From assembly GCA_043771335.1 (NCBI GenBank), contig JAYVHM010000001.1, positions 92,901 to 156,900 of the forward strand: a DNA stretch of 64,000 nucleotides. The letters are read 5' to 3'. Position numbers and translations under genes: made by a program. A model generated the notes under the pieces. The model saw only the letters and a program-made list of their open reading frames with translations. It ran no database searches and was not told the DNA's origin. Source of the DNA: a bacterium (GTDB taxonomy: Bacteria > Patescibacteriota > Minisyncoccia > Phycocordibacterales > UBA5272). Position 1 is the stretch's first letter. Each line of letters starts with the position of its first letter. This document shows, piece by piece, positions 50,030 through 59,367 of the stretch.

Positions 50030-51910
50030 TTATTCTGACTTACTCTCAGGGGTTTCTCCTGTAGCACTTTCTGTTGATTCTGTATTTGTTTCCTCAGTCT
50101 TAGTATCATTCTCCTGCTTCATAGCTTCTCCTATTTTCATCATTGATGTATTTAGTTTAGCACTAGCATCGTTAAGCTTTACCATATCATTGCTTTCTTT
50201 TGCTTGTTTTAATTCTGATATGCAACTTAGTATCTCTGCTTTTAATTCGGCTGTTACTTTGTCTCCTGCATCAGTTAATGATTTTTCTGCAGTGTGAACT
50301 AGTTGATCTGCAGTATTTTTAGCGTCTGCAAATTCTTTTTTCTTAGCATCTTCAGTGGCATTCATATCAGCGTCTGCTTGCATCTTAGTTATTTCTTCTT
50401 TTGATAATCCTGAACTCGCCTCTATTCTTATTGTCTGCTCTTTGCCGCTAGTTTTATCTTTTGCTTTTACATTTAATATGCCATTAGCATCTACATCAAA
50501 AGTAACTTCTACTTGTGGCATGCCACGTGGTGCTGGTGGTATACCATCGAGGATAAATCTACCGAGAGACTTATTATCTACTGCCATTGGTCTCTCACCT
50601 TGGACAATATGAATCTCAACACTAGTTTGATTATCAGCAGCCGTTGAAAATGTCTGTGACCTACTTGTTGGTATTGTAGTATTTTTCTCTACGAGCTTAG
50701 TAGCAACGTTCCCCATAGTTTCTATACCAAGTGACAATGGTATAACATCTAATAATAATACATCCTTAACATCACCCTGCAATACCCCGGCCTGCACTGC
50801 AGCTCCGAGAGCTACTACTTCATCAGGGTTCACTGACCTATTTGGTTCTTTACCAAATAAGTTTTTAACAGCCTCAACTATCATTGGCATTCTAGTCTGA
50901 CCACCCACCATAATGATTTCATTTATATCTTCTTTTGATATACCTGAATCTTTTAGTGTCTGCTCAGTGATTTTGATTGACCTATCGACAAATGGTCTGG
51001 CGATATTTTCTAATTGCGCGCGAGTTAGCGTTACATCAAGATTCTTTGGACCCTCAGCACCAACTGAGATGTATGGTAAGAAGATTTTACTCTCTACCTG
51101 GGTAGACAATTCATGCTTTGCTTTTTCTGCTGCTTCGTCTAGTCTTTGCATTGCAAGTGAGTCAGAAGTTAAGTCTATGCCTGTTTCTTTTTTGAATTCT
51201 CCTTTTATATAACTCACAATCTCAAGGTCAATGTCACGACCACCAAGATGTGAATCTCCTCCAGTAGACTTAACCTCAACTACTCCGTCACCCATCTCAA
51301 GTATCGAGATGTCAAATGTTCCTCCTCCAAAGTCATACACAGCTAATTTTGCATGCGCTTTTTCTGTAAATCCATAAGCAAGAGCTGCTGCTGTTGGCTC
51401 ATTGATAATACGCTTAACGTCAAGACCTGCGATAGCACCGGCATCTTTTGTGGCCTGTCTTTGTGCGTCGTTAAAATATGCTGGCACTGTGATTACCGCC
51501 TCAGTTATCTTCTCACCAGTTTTCGCTTCAACGTCAGCTTTTATTTTTTGTAATATCATTGCAGATATTTCTTCTGGACGCATGTCTTTTCCTCCTATAT
51601 TAACCAGCACTCCATTATTTGGTCCGGCTTTTACTCCGTAGGTAACACGCCCTACATCATCACTCACCTCCTTGTCTGTAAATTCATGCCCCATATATCT
51701 CTTCACACCGTATATGGTATCTTTTGGATTCATTACTGCTTGACGCTTTGCTACTGCTCCGACTGTCCTGTCTCCATTTTTAGATACTGAAACTACTGAT
51801 GGAGTAGTTCTTGCACCTTCTAAATTCTCTATAATTTTTGGCACACCGCCCTCCATTATCGCTACCGCTGAGTTAGTTGTCCCCAAGTCTATTCCTATTA
51901 TTTTTGACAT
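50030..51910 (-). CDS. dnaK: Chaperone DnaK (Hsp70)
   Basis: [21 protein letters not shown] and other Hsp70 signatures. Confidence 0.95.
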   Translation of the reverse strand: MSKIIGIDLGTTNSAVAIMEGGVPKIIENLEGARTTPSVVSVSKNGDRTVGAVAKRQAVMNPKDTIYGVKRYMGHEFTDKEVSDDVGRVTYGVKAGPNNGVLVNIGGKDMRPEEISAMILQKIKADVEAKTGEKITEAVITVPAYFNDAQRQATKDAGAIAGLDVKRIINEPTAAALAYGFTEKAHAKLAVYDFGGGTFDISILEMGDGVVEVKSTGGDSHLGGRDIDLEIVSYIKGEFKKETGIDLTSDSLAMQRLDEAAEKAKHELSTQVESKIFLPYISVGAEGPKNLDVTLTRAQLENIARPFVDRSIKITEQTLKDSGISKEDINEIIMVGGQTRMPMIVEAVKNLFGKEPNRSVNPDEVVALGAAVQAGVLQGDVKDVLLLDVIPLSLGIETMGNVATKLVEKNTTIPTSRSQTFSTAADNQTSVEIHIVQGERPMAVDNKSLGRFILDGIPPAPRGMPQVEVTFDVDANGILNVKAKDKTSGKEQTIRIEASSGLSKEEITKMQADADMNATEDAKKKEFADAKNTADQLVHTAEKSLTDAGDKVTAELKAEILSCISELKQAKESNDMVKLNDASAKLNTSMMKIGEAMKQENDTKTEETNTESTESATGETPESKSE

Positions 51911-52425
51911 ATATTTTTTGTTTTTTTATTTTATTTAATAATTTATAATTTTTTAATTAAAGTTTTTATGTGGTGGAGCTAACAAGTTACTGTATATTAA
52001 AAAATTAGTATTTTTAAAATTATCTTTAATTCTAGATTTTCTATTTTTTATATTAACTATAGCTAAATTATAAATATTAAATCCAAATAAAGCACGTATA
52101 AAGCTGAAGACTTTTCCAACTTTTTTTATTGTATCTTTATAAAAATTATTTAAATTTTCTTTTACTTCTAGCTTTATCTCATTTATAGAACTTACAAATA
52201 TCTCTCTAGTTTCTTCAAAAATATTAAATACATAATTAACCACAATCAAAAACACTCTAAAAATATCTTCAGAAACTTCTACCAATATTAAATATTTTTT
52301 TTGTATTGTGATTTGCATATAATTTAAATTACAACTAAGATTACTTACTTTTTTTATCAAATCTTCCTATATTATTTTTATCACAAATGATAATCTTTTG
52401 CAAGGGTAAATTAAATAATTTTATT

Positions 52426-53073
52426 TTAATTTTTGACACTCCACACCTTCACTTTTGCTGGTCTAATAACTTGCCCATTATATCTATAGCCGGACATAAT
52501 TATCTGAGCAATGGTATTTGATTTTATATTTTTTGTTGTCATTTCTTCTTCTGACAATTCTACTAATCCTAACCCTTCGTGTAGCTCTGGATTAAAAACT
52601 TCTCCTTCTGCTCCAAACTTTTCAAAACCTTGCTCAGACAATTTATTTTCAAATGTAGAGAATATATACTCTATGCCCCCACGCCAATTCATATCGACAC
52701 TCTCCCAAGCACTCTTATTGCTCTTAGCAGCATCATAAGTGTCCATAACAACAAGTAGATCCTCTGCGAATCTCTTCACCGCTAGCTTACCCCACTCTGG
52801 CTTCTCTTTGCTTATTTGCAATTCTCTGTTTTTGTAGTCAGCCTGAGAACGCATCCAGCCATCGAGATTATTTTGTTTCTCTGATTCCAAAACTTTTATT
52901 TTCTCTCTTAATTTTTTAACTACATCTTTTTTAGAAAGTTCTTCTCCATCTTCCCCCAAATCTACAAACTCTTCTATCTCATCAACGTCATTAACAGGTC
53001 CGACATTTGGAGTGTCCAGATCTTCTATATTTACTTCTACTACACCGTCTTCATTTAGGTTTTTGTTTTTCAT
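52426..53073 (-). CDS. grpE: Nucleotide exchange factor GrpE
   Basis: Acidic N-terminus, coiled coil, C-terminal GYRYNGQVIRPAKVKV. Confidence 0.85.
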   Translation of the reverse strand: MKNKNLNEDGVVEVNIEDLDTPNVGPVNDVDEIEEFVDLGEDGEELSKKDVVKKLREKIKVLESEKQNNLDGWMRSQADYKNRELQISKEKPEWGKLAVKRFAEDLLVVMDTYDAAKSNKSAWESVDMNWRGGIEYIFSTFENKLSEQGFEKFGAEGEVFNPELHEGLGLVELSEEEMTTKNIKSNTIAQIIMSGYRYNGQVIRPAKVKVWSVKN

Positions 53074-53122
53074 ATTTTTAGATTCATCCCTTACTTATTT
53101 ATAACAGAAAATATAGGAAAAA

Positions 53123-53728
53123 TCAAATTATAAGTATCAGCTTTTCCATCTCTTTTTCTGCTTCACATTTTCCATCATGATCCATAGCAATGAGGGTCAT
53201 TATTTTAAATATCAAATCATTCTTAAGGCCATCATTCATTCTACTCACCTTTATTTTATATATTAATGCTCCTGCGATACTCTCGACTGGTTCATTAGCA
53301 TTTACAAGTCTTAGAAACTCGAGCCATGCTTCTTTTTTCTTTCTCATCAAAAATAAATCTCCAAAATAAAATGCACTCTCTTTTACTTTTACTTCTCTAG
53401 CATCAAAAATAGTTTCTTTGTAACCATACTTACATAACTTTTTAAAAGTAGCATCTAATATGTCTGTCTCATCTATTATAAAAATATTCTCACTATCTCT
53501 TATTTCTTCTAAATACTTATAAAGCAAATCTCTGTAATCTTCTACATTCCAATCTTCTAAATATATTTTTGCCTTGCTTCCGAATATATCAACTTCAAAA
53601 TATTGAGGTAGCATTGATAACTCTTCTTTTCTTAAAACTTTTTCGGAAAAATTAGAAAAATTATCTCTAATATATTTATTAGCGTTCTCCCTTTCTTTTA
53701 TTTCTGTCCCAGCTTTTATTATTAACAT
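53123..53728 (-). CDS. Hypothetical protein
   Basis: 201 aa with no confident motif; adjacent to polA. Confidence 0.3.
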   Translation of the reverse strand: MLIIKAGTEIKERENANKYIRDNFSNFSEKVLRKEELSMLPQYFEVDIFGSKAKIYLEDWNVEDYRDLLYKYLEEIRDSENIFIIDETDILDATFKKLCKYGYKETIFDAREVKVKESAFYFGDLFLMRKKKEAWLEFLRLVNANEPVESIAGALIYKIKVSRMNDGLKNDLIFKIMTLIAMDHDGKCEAEKEMEKLILII

Positions 53729-53751
53729 ATATAATTAAATATTTTATATTT

Positions 53752-56226
53752 TTACAGTTCAAATAGACTTTTACCACTAACAACATTTACTTTTAATGGG
53801 ACTTTGTTTTTAAAATCATAATTGTCTAAAACATTTTGCATACTATCTGCTATTATTTTAGAATATTTTTCTACTTTATCAGCATCACACTCAAAAACTA
53901 ATTCATCATGTATCTGCAACAACATCTTAATCTCTGTATTTTGAATTCTAATACCCATCTCCTTGTCATTATGTTCTGGGTTCAAAATATTATTAACCTG
54001 TATCATGCCTAGCTTTATAATATCTGAGCTAGTTCCCTGTATCGGTGCATTGATAGCAATGCGTTCGCCCTGAGCACGCATAAAAGGCAAGTGAGACTTT
54101 AGGAGTGGCACCTGTCTACGTCTTCCAAAGAGAGTTGAAGTATAGCCATTTTTCGTAGCTTCTAATTTTACTAATTCCAAATAATCTATTAACTCATGAA
54201 AAGTATTTTTAAAATTATCATAAAAATCTTGAGCTGTTTTCCTGTCTGTATGCATAGCATCTTTGAGTGCGCTCACCCCCATACCATAAAGTATACCAAA
54301 ATTAATTGCTTTGGCTTTTCTTCTCTCTTCATCAGTCACTTCTTCTAATTTTTTCCCCAAGACTTCTGCTGCGACACCAGTGTGAATGTCTATATTATTA
54401 TTAAATATATCAATTAACTTTTTATCACCTGAAAGTATAGCTGCTGCACGCAAATCTATTTGTGAGTAATCAGCTGAAACTAATACCTTACCCTCATCTG
54501 CCACAAAGACTTTACGAAAAGCGAGACCTATCTCAGTATTGCGAGGAATATTTTGCATGTTGGGGTTTTCGCAAGAAAACCTACCTGTCGCAGCACCAGC
54601 CTGCATAAACCTTGGATGCACCCGACCGTCATCAAGTATAAAATTATGTAGTGGTTCTATGTAGGTATTAAAAACTTTTGATACTTCACGGAAATTAATT
54701 ATCTTCCCAACTATCTCATGCTCATCTTTTATGCTTTCAAGCATGTCAGCATTTGTACTTCTGGCACCGCTTGCTGTTTTTTTTATTTTAGTTCCAAGTC
54801 CTATATGATCATAGAGAATCTCTCCTAATTGCTTTGGACTAGAGATTAGAAATTCTTTTCCGGCGAGCGTATGTATTTCTTTTTCCAAATTATTTATAAT
54901 ATTTTTTACAAATATTTTTTGCTTTTCTAATTCTGTCACGTTAACAAGCACTCCATTCTCTCTCATATTTTCAAGTATGTCAAAAAGAGGTTCTTCTAAT
55001 TTTTTATAATAATTAAAAGTTCCAGCATCTTGCATTTTTTTCTCTAAAGTTTTCTTTATTATATCAAAATTATTTTGTTCTTCGTCGATATTATGTATGT
55101 TTTTAAGATCTTCTAAGCTAATATTATTTTTCTCACTCTCTATTATACTACTTATTACTTGTAACTCATTCATCTCTTTTTCTGATAATGTAACCACCAC
55201 TTTTATCTCTTCTATTTTTTCTGTATTACCAGAATCAAAATTAGAAGCACTTAATCCTCCTGTTACTATCTCTAAATTAGAATTAGTGTCTTCTTTCTTT
55301 TTAAAAATATTTTTCAAACTACGAAGCTCATATAAATCACAAAGTTTTTCATATTCAACCTTGTCATATTTTTCACCAAAATGATGTTCAAAGTTATTAA
55401 ATATATTTACGTCTATCGGAGCATCTAAGATTATTGTGGCGAGGGTCTTCGAAAACAAGGCATCCTCTTCGTTATTTTTTATATTTTCAAATATTTTTCC
55501 CTTTACTATTTTGTGTATATTAACAAAATTATTTTGCTCATCTTTTTTTATTTGTTCATAAAAATTTTCTACTGTCTTATATTCTTTTAATATTTTTATC
55601 GCTGTCTTTGGGCCTACCCCCATCACTCCTGGTATATTATCGCTGGCATCACCGGAGAATCCTTTGTAGTCTGGGATCTGTTTTGGTGACAACTCGTATT
55701 TGTCCATTACTTCTTTTTCTCCAAAAACACTTACTTCTGCGGCTTTTTTTAGGGTGCAGATTTTTACGTTATCATTTACTAATTGCAATGTGTCCATATC
55801 ACCACTAACTATAACTATGTTGTACTTATCACTATACATTTTTGATATAGTGCCCAGCATGTCATCAGCCTCAAAGCCTTCCATTTCACATATCGGTATA
55901 TTGAGAGCCTTACAAAAATCTTTTGACTGATTTATCTGCACTTTCAAATCCTCATCACTTTTTTGCCTAGTTCCTTTATATGCATCATAAGCAAGGTGGC
56001 GAAAAGTAGGCTTTGGCAAATCATAAGTAGCAACTACATAGTCAGGAGCGGCTAATTCATTCGCAGAAATAATCATTTTTAGGAATCCATAAAGGGCGCC
56101 CGTAGGGCGACCATCCCTAGTGAAAAAGTTTTGCATTGCATGATAACCACGATGTAGTAGCGCATGACTGTCTATTAACATTAGAACTTTTTTATCTTTA
56201 TTTTTACCTTTAAATATTTTTGACAT
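53752..56226 (-). CDS. polA: DNA polymerase I (5'-3' exonuclease plus polymerase; no obvious 3'-5' exonuclease motifs)
   Basis: LIDSHALLHRGYHA 5'-nuclease N-terminus; polymerase motifs DYSQIDLR (A), RRKAKAINFGILYG (B) and QIHDELVFE (C). Confidence 0.9.
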   Translation of the reverse strand: MSKIFKGKNKDKKVLMLIDSHALLHRGYHAMQNFFTRDGRPTGALYGFLKMIISANELAAPDYVVATYDLPKPTFRHLAYDAYKGTRQKSDEDLKVQINQSKDFCKALNIPICEMEGFEADDMLGTISKMYSDKYNIVIVSGDMDTLQLVNDNVKICTLKKAAEVSVFGEKEVMDKYELSPKQIPDYKGFSGDASDNIPGVMGVGPKTAIKILKEYKTVENFYEQIKKDEQNNFVNIHKIVKGKIFENIKNNEEDALFSKTLATIILDAPIDVNIFNNFEHHFGEKYDKVEYEKLCDLYELRSLKNIFKKKEDTNSNLEIVTGGLSASNFDSGNTEKIEEIKVVVTLSEKEMNELQVISSIIESEKNNISLEDLKNIHNIDEEQNNFDIIKKTLEKKMQDAGTFNYYKKLEEPLFDILENMRENGVLVNVTELEKQKIFVKNIINNLEKEIHTLAGKEFLISSPKQLGEILYDHIGLGTKIKKTASGARSTNADMLESIKDEHEIVGKIINFREVSKVFNTYIEPLHNFILDDGRVHPRFMQAGAATGRFSCENPNMQNIPRNTEIGLAFRKVFVADEGKVLVSADYSQIDLRAAAILSGDKKLIDIFNNNIDIHTGVAAEVLGKKLEEVTDEERRKAKAINFGILYGMGVSALKDAMHTDRKTAQDFYDNFKNTFHELIDYLELVKLEATKNGYTSTLFGRRRQVPLLKSHLPFMRAQGERIAINAPIQGTSSDIIKLGMIQVNNILNPEHNDKEMGIRIQNTEIKMLLQIHDELVFECDADKVEKYSKIIADSMQNVLDNYDFKNKVPLKVNVVSGKSLFEL

Positions 56227-56233
56227 GTTATTT

Positions 56234-56692
56234 TTAATATATTTCTACTTTTATATTCCTCTCTTCTTCATTTACTTTTTCTATACTTATAATCATGTCA
56301 GCATTTGGAGCATACATGTTTTTGGGCCACTCTATCAAAACTATATTCTCTTTTTTGTTATCATCCAGCCTTAAAACATGTCCTTCTTTTTTATATTCAA
56401 ATCTGTAAGCATCTATATGTAGCAACTTTTTATACTTGTTTTTATAATTATATTTTTCAAAATCTAAATCATATTCACGCATTAGGGTAAAAGTTGGTGA
56501 TTGCATGTGACCATCTATGCAAAGCTCTTTTCCTATTTTTTGAGCAAAAGTTGTTTTTCCAGCACCCATATCACCCTCTAAATAAACAACGAAAGATTCT
56601 TTCTCAGATTCCAAAAAAACTTTTACAATCTCTTTTGCTATATTTTCTAAATCTTCTATTTTTAAGTTGTTGTAACTCTTAAAACTATTCAT
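56234..56692 (-). CDS. tsaE: tRNA t6A biosynthesis protein TsaE
   Basis: YLEGDMGAGKTTF P-loop in a ~150-aa protein. Confidence 0.8.
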   Translation of the reverse strand: MNSFKSYNNLKIEDLENIAKEIVKVFLESEKESFVVYLEGDMGAGKTTFAQKIGKELCIDGHMQSPTFTLMREYDLDFEKYNYKNKYKKLLHIDAYRFEYKKEGHVLRLDDNKKENIVLIEWPKNMYAPNADMIISIEKVNEEERNIKVEIY

Positions 56693-56698
56693 AAGCTA

Positions 56699-56709
56699 AT
56701 TATAACACA
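56699..56709 (-). promoter_or_regulatory. Extended -10 promoter TGTGTTATAAT, 6 nt before the tsaE ATG (leaderless)
   Basis: Reverse complement of attataacaca; ATG at 56692. Confidence 0.45.
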
Positions 56710-56733
56710 AAAATAATAATTATAATTTTAGAA

Positions 56734-58569
56734 TTAATGATGGCCCAAAACTTGATTAGTGTGTCTCTTGTGTATCATTTTCTTGTATATATTTCTACCT
56801 AGTATATATAATATTACAAAAAGAATAATACATAATAATAGCTTGAACAGCCAACCACTCCAGAACATTGACTGACTAGAACCCTCACTTGAAGTATTAA
56901 GAGACTTGTCAGTAACTGTAGATATTATGTAAGTGCTAGATTCGTCACTTATCTCATTGTTATTTTCGTCGAGAAGATCGTAAGTTGCTAATGCTGATAC
57001 TATTAAACTTTTTCCTGTAGCCACATTTTTATCTGCTTTTAATTTTAAAATCACAACCCCTTCTTCACCTGCTTTTATTTTATTTATTTCTACAGATATG
57101 GTATTCTCGGCACCAACAGAATAATCTCTTGACGATACTGCTGTCATACCTTCTGGAACTTTTATTGTAAATAAAACATTGTTAACAGTTAACTCACTTT
57201 TATTTTTATAACTTAACTCGTATTCAGAAGTCTCACCAGCATAGACATAATTTGTTTTATTTTCTATGGCTAATAACATTAATTTATCACCCTCTTTTAA
57301 GCTTTCTGTATTACCTTCTGAATCTTTACATATTACTGTAGATTTTACAGTTTTTGTAACTTTTGTGCTTACTTTTTTCACCTGCTCTTCTCTTACTGTT
57401 GAGACGTATCTTTTTGCTTCTGATAAAGTTTTAAAACTTAATATATCACCCCTGTAGGTCCCATTGGAATTTCTAATAACAGCTCGGCAATAATATGTGG
57501 TATCTGGTTTTAAATTAGTTATAGTATTAGAAAAAGAAATAGATTCATCACCAATATCCCCAGAATTAGTAACCTTACCTAGGTCTCTGGTGCTACCATA
57601 TTCAAAATATCCATTAGTGTCTAATCCACTGTGAATATTATCTAAGGCGTTACATCTGGCACTATTCAAGCCTATTTGATTTATATTGGTAGTTATAACA
57701 CTGTCTCTATCTCTATAATTGACTGTGTATGTATTTTGAGTTGACTGAGTGCGTGTGGCATAGGTCTGCATATTGTTACTGCCCGATGGACAGTTTTCAT
57801 TTTCTGGTATATCTTTTCCATTTGCTGATCCACCCCAACAAACCTTTGTACACACTTCATAAAAATTAACCTGACTTCCATCTTTACAATTTTTCTTAAT
57901 AGGCATACAGTTTTGTCCTGAGACATTATAATTAGCTGGGCACACTACTCTTGGTGCGGTAGGTGTGTTATTATATGTTTGAGTGTAGCCATTACCTCCA
58001 CCCCAAATAGTAGGCGTTGGCGGGACATAAGCAACAGGCATTGGAGTTGGTGTATTGTAAACTACAATAGGCTTATATGTTGTAGTGTAGCCATTACCTC
58101 CACCCCAGTTAGTGACTGCAGAAGGAGTGTAAGGAGTTGAGGGTGTGGGTGTAGTATATATAGGAGAAGGTTTATATGTTGTAGTGTAGCCATTACCTCC
58201 ACCACCCCAATTAGTTACAGCAGGAGGAGAATAAGTAACATTAACACCAGTACCCCCTGTATATGTAGGAGTATTGTTATAGGTTGGACTATTCGTATAT
58301 ACTGGATTATTATTGTTTGTAGGGGATGTATACACTGGCGAATTATTAACAGGGCAAGAATAAGGCACAGTTACAAATATACCATCACCACAATCAACCT
58401 GCACAGGGTTATTTGTTGTGGGTGTTGTGTATATAGGATCTGGCTCTGGAGCTGTAACACAGCTAGGACAATCTAAATCAAAATCGTCACCAAATTCAGA
58501 ATAAGAAAAATTAAAAATTAATGTTAATAAAAGAAGGTTGAATAATATATTTTTAAGAATTTTTTTCAT
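56734..58569 (-). CDS. Cell-surface protein: signal peptide, Thr/Pro/Tyr-rich WGGGNGYTTTYKP repeats, Fn3-like domain, DUF11-like domain, C-terminal TM anchor
   Basis: Signal peptide LLLLTLIFNFSYS; three tandem repeats; Fn3-like TNGYFEYGST...TTYYCRAV; C-terminal WLFKLLLCIILFVILYILG. Confidence 0.55.
   Translation of the reverse strand: MKKILKNILFNLLLLTLIFNFSYSEFGDDFDLDCPSCVTAPEPDPIYTTPTTNNPVQVDCGDGIFVTVPYSCPVNNSPVYTSPTNNNNPVYTNSPTYNNTPTYTGGTGVNVTYSPPAVTNWGGGGNGYTTTYKPSPIYTTPTPSTPYTPSAVTNWGGGNGYTTTYKPIVVYNTPTPMPVAYVPPTPTIWGGGNGYTQTYNNTPTAPRVVCPANYNVSGQNCMPIKKNCKDGSQVNFYEVCTKVCWGGSANGKDIPENENCPSGSNNMQTYATRTQSTQNTYTVNYRDRDSVITTNINQIGLNSARCNALDNIHSGLDTNGYFEYGSTRDLGKVTNSGDIGDESISFSNTITNLKPDTTYYCRAVIRNSNGTYRGDILSFKTLSEAKRYVSTVREEQVKKVSTKVTKTVKSTVICKDSEGNTESLKEGDKLMLLAIENKTNYVYAGETSEYELSYKNKSELTVNNVLFTIKVPEGMTAVSSRDYSVGAENTISVEINKIKAGEEGVVILKLKADKNVATGKSLIVSALATYDLLDENNNEISDESSTYIISTVTDKSLNTSSEGSSQSMFWSGWLFKLLLCIILFVILYILGRNIYKKMIHKRHTNQVLGHH
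57969..58224. repeat. Tandem ~80-bp coding repeats (WGGGNGYTTTYKP units)
   Basis: ggtgtagtgtagccattacctccacccca recurs three times. Confidence 0.6.
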
Positions 58570-58571
58570 AT

Positions 58572-59288
58572 TTATTTTTTACACATACCTTCTGGACATG
58601 GTGGACACAGTGGCTCTCCAACATAAAGCCTATTAAAACATTCTGCGATATATGTCTGCTTCACTCCATTTACGTCTCTGGTATATAACTCTGTACCCTT
58701 TTTTAACACAACAAAACCCTTAGTCATAAAATCTTCTCCATTTGCACCCTGTATCTCTCCTACAGAAAGATAATCTGCTTTTAAATTAAATTTTCGCAAT
58801 CCTTCCACTTCCAAAAACTTAACTTCGTCCCCTTTATATTTTTTGATTATACTATTGATGTTGTCAAAAGATTTTGGCTTATAGTATTTTGCTTCATTTT
58901 TTTGGAACTCTCCTGCATGCCAGTCTTTTACTATTTTTTCTAAATCATTATAGACGCTAAGGTCATCTGCTTTTGGATTTTTAAGTATATGTGGGATATT
59001 TTTATTATTTAAAAATTCTTGGAATTTTCTTTTGCTTATCTGATTATTGGCAAAAGCCTGCACCTCGTCTTTTGCTTGCACTTCTTCTGACAAAAATCCA
59101 AGACTGAGGCTAGTGGCAACTACCCCTGCAGCTAACTTTCCAGCACCACCTAAAAAACCTCTTCTACTAAGAACCTCTTCTTCTCCCTCATTTACTTTTT
59201 GTGTGTCAGATAATATGCCTGCAAGAGTCGCTAGGTGTGGTGGCATTCCTAAAATTTGCTTTATATTCATAATGTAATTATCCCACAT
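58572..59288 (-). CDS. Tat-signal secreted protein with C-terminal CPPCPEGMC motif
   Basis: SRRGFLGGAG twin-arginine motif followed by a hydrophobic h-region and AKD cleavage-like site. Confidence 0.5.
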   Translation of the reverse strand: MWDNYIMNIKQILGMPPHLATLAGILSDTQKVNEGEEEVLSRRGFLGGAGKLAAGVVATSLSLGFLSEEVQAKDEVQAFANNQISKRKFQEFLNNKNIPHILKNPKADDLSVYNDLEKIVKDWHAGEFQKNEAKYYKPKSFDNINSIIKKYKGDEVKFLEVEGLRKFNLKADYLSVGEIQGANGEDFMTKGFVVLKKGTELYTRDVNGVKQTYIAECFNRLYVGEPLCPPCPEGMCKK

Positions 59289-59367
59289 TTAAGAGATATA
59301 ACAAAGCATCTTTTGCACATGATAAAATCCCCCGGCCAAAGGCCGTGGGATTTTATTCTAAAACCAA

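Noticed and set aside
51953-52360. 135-aa ORF in the 515-bp grpE-dnaK intergenic region
   Set aside because: Extremely AT-rich and low-complexity (Asn/Ile/Lys/Phe), with no motif, no promoter-ATG arrangement and an Ile/Asn-rich translation typical of translated intergenic DNA. This is more likely a regulatory spacer, but I could not find a CIRCE element either.
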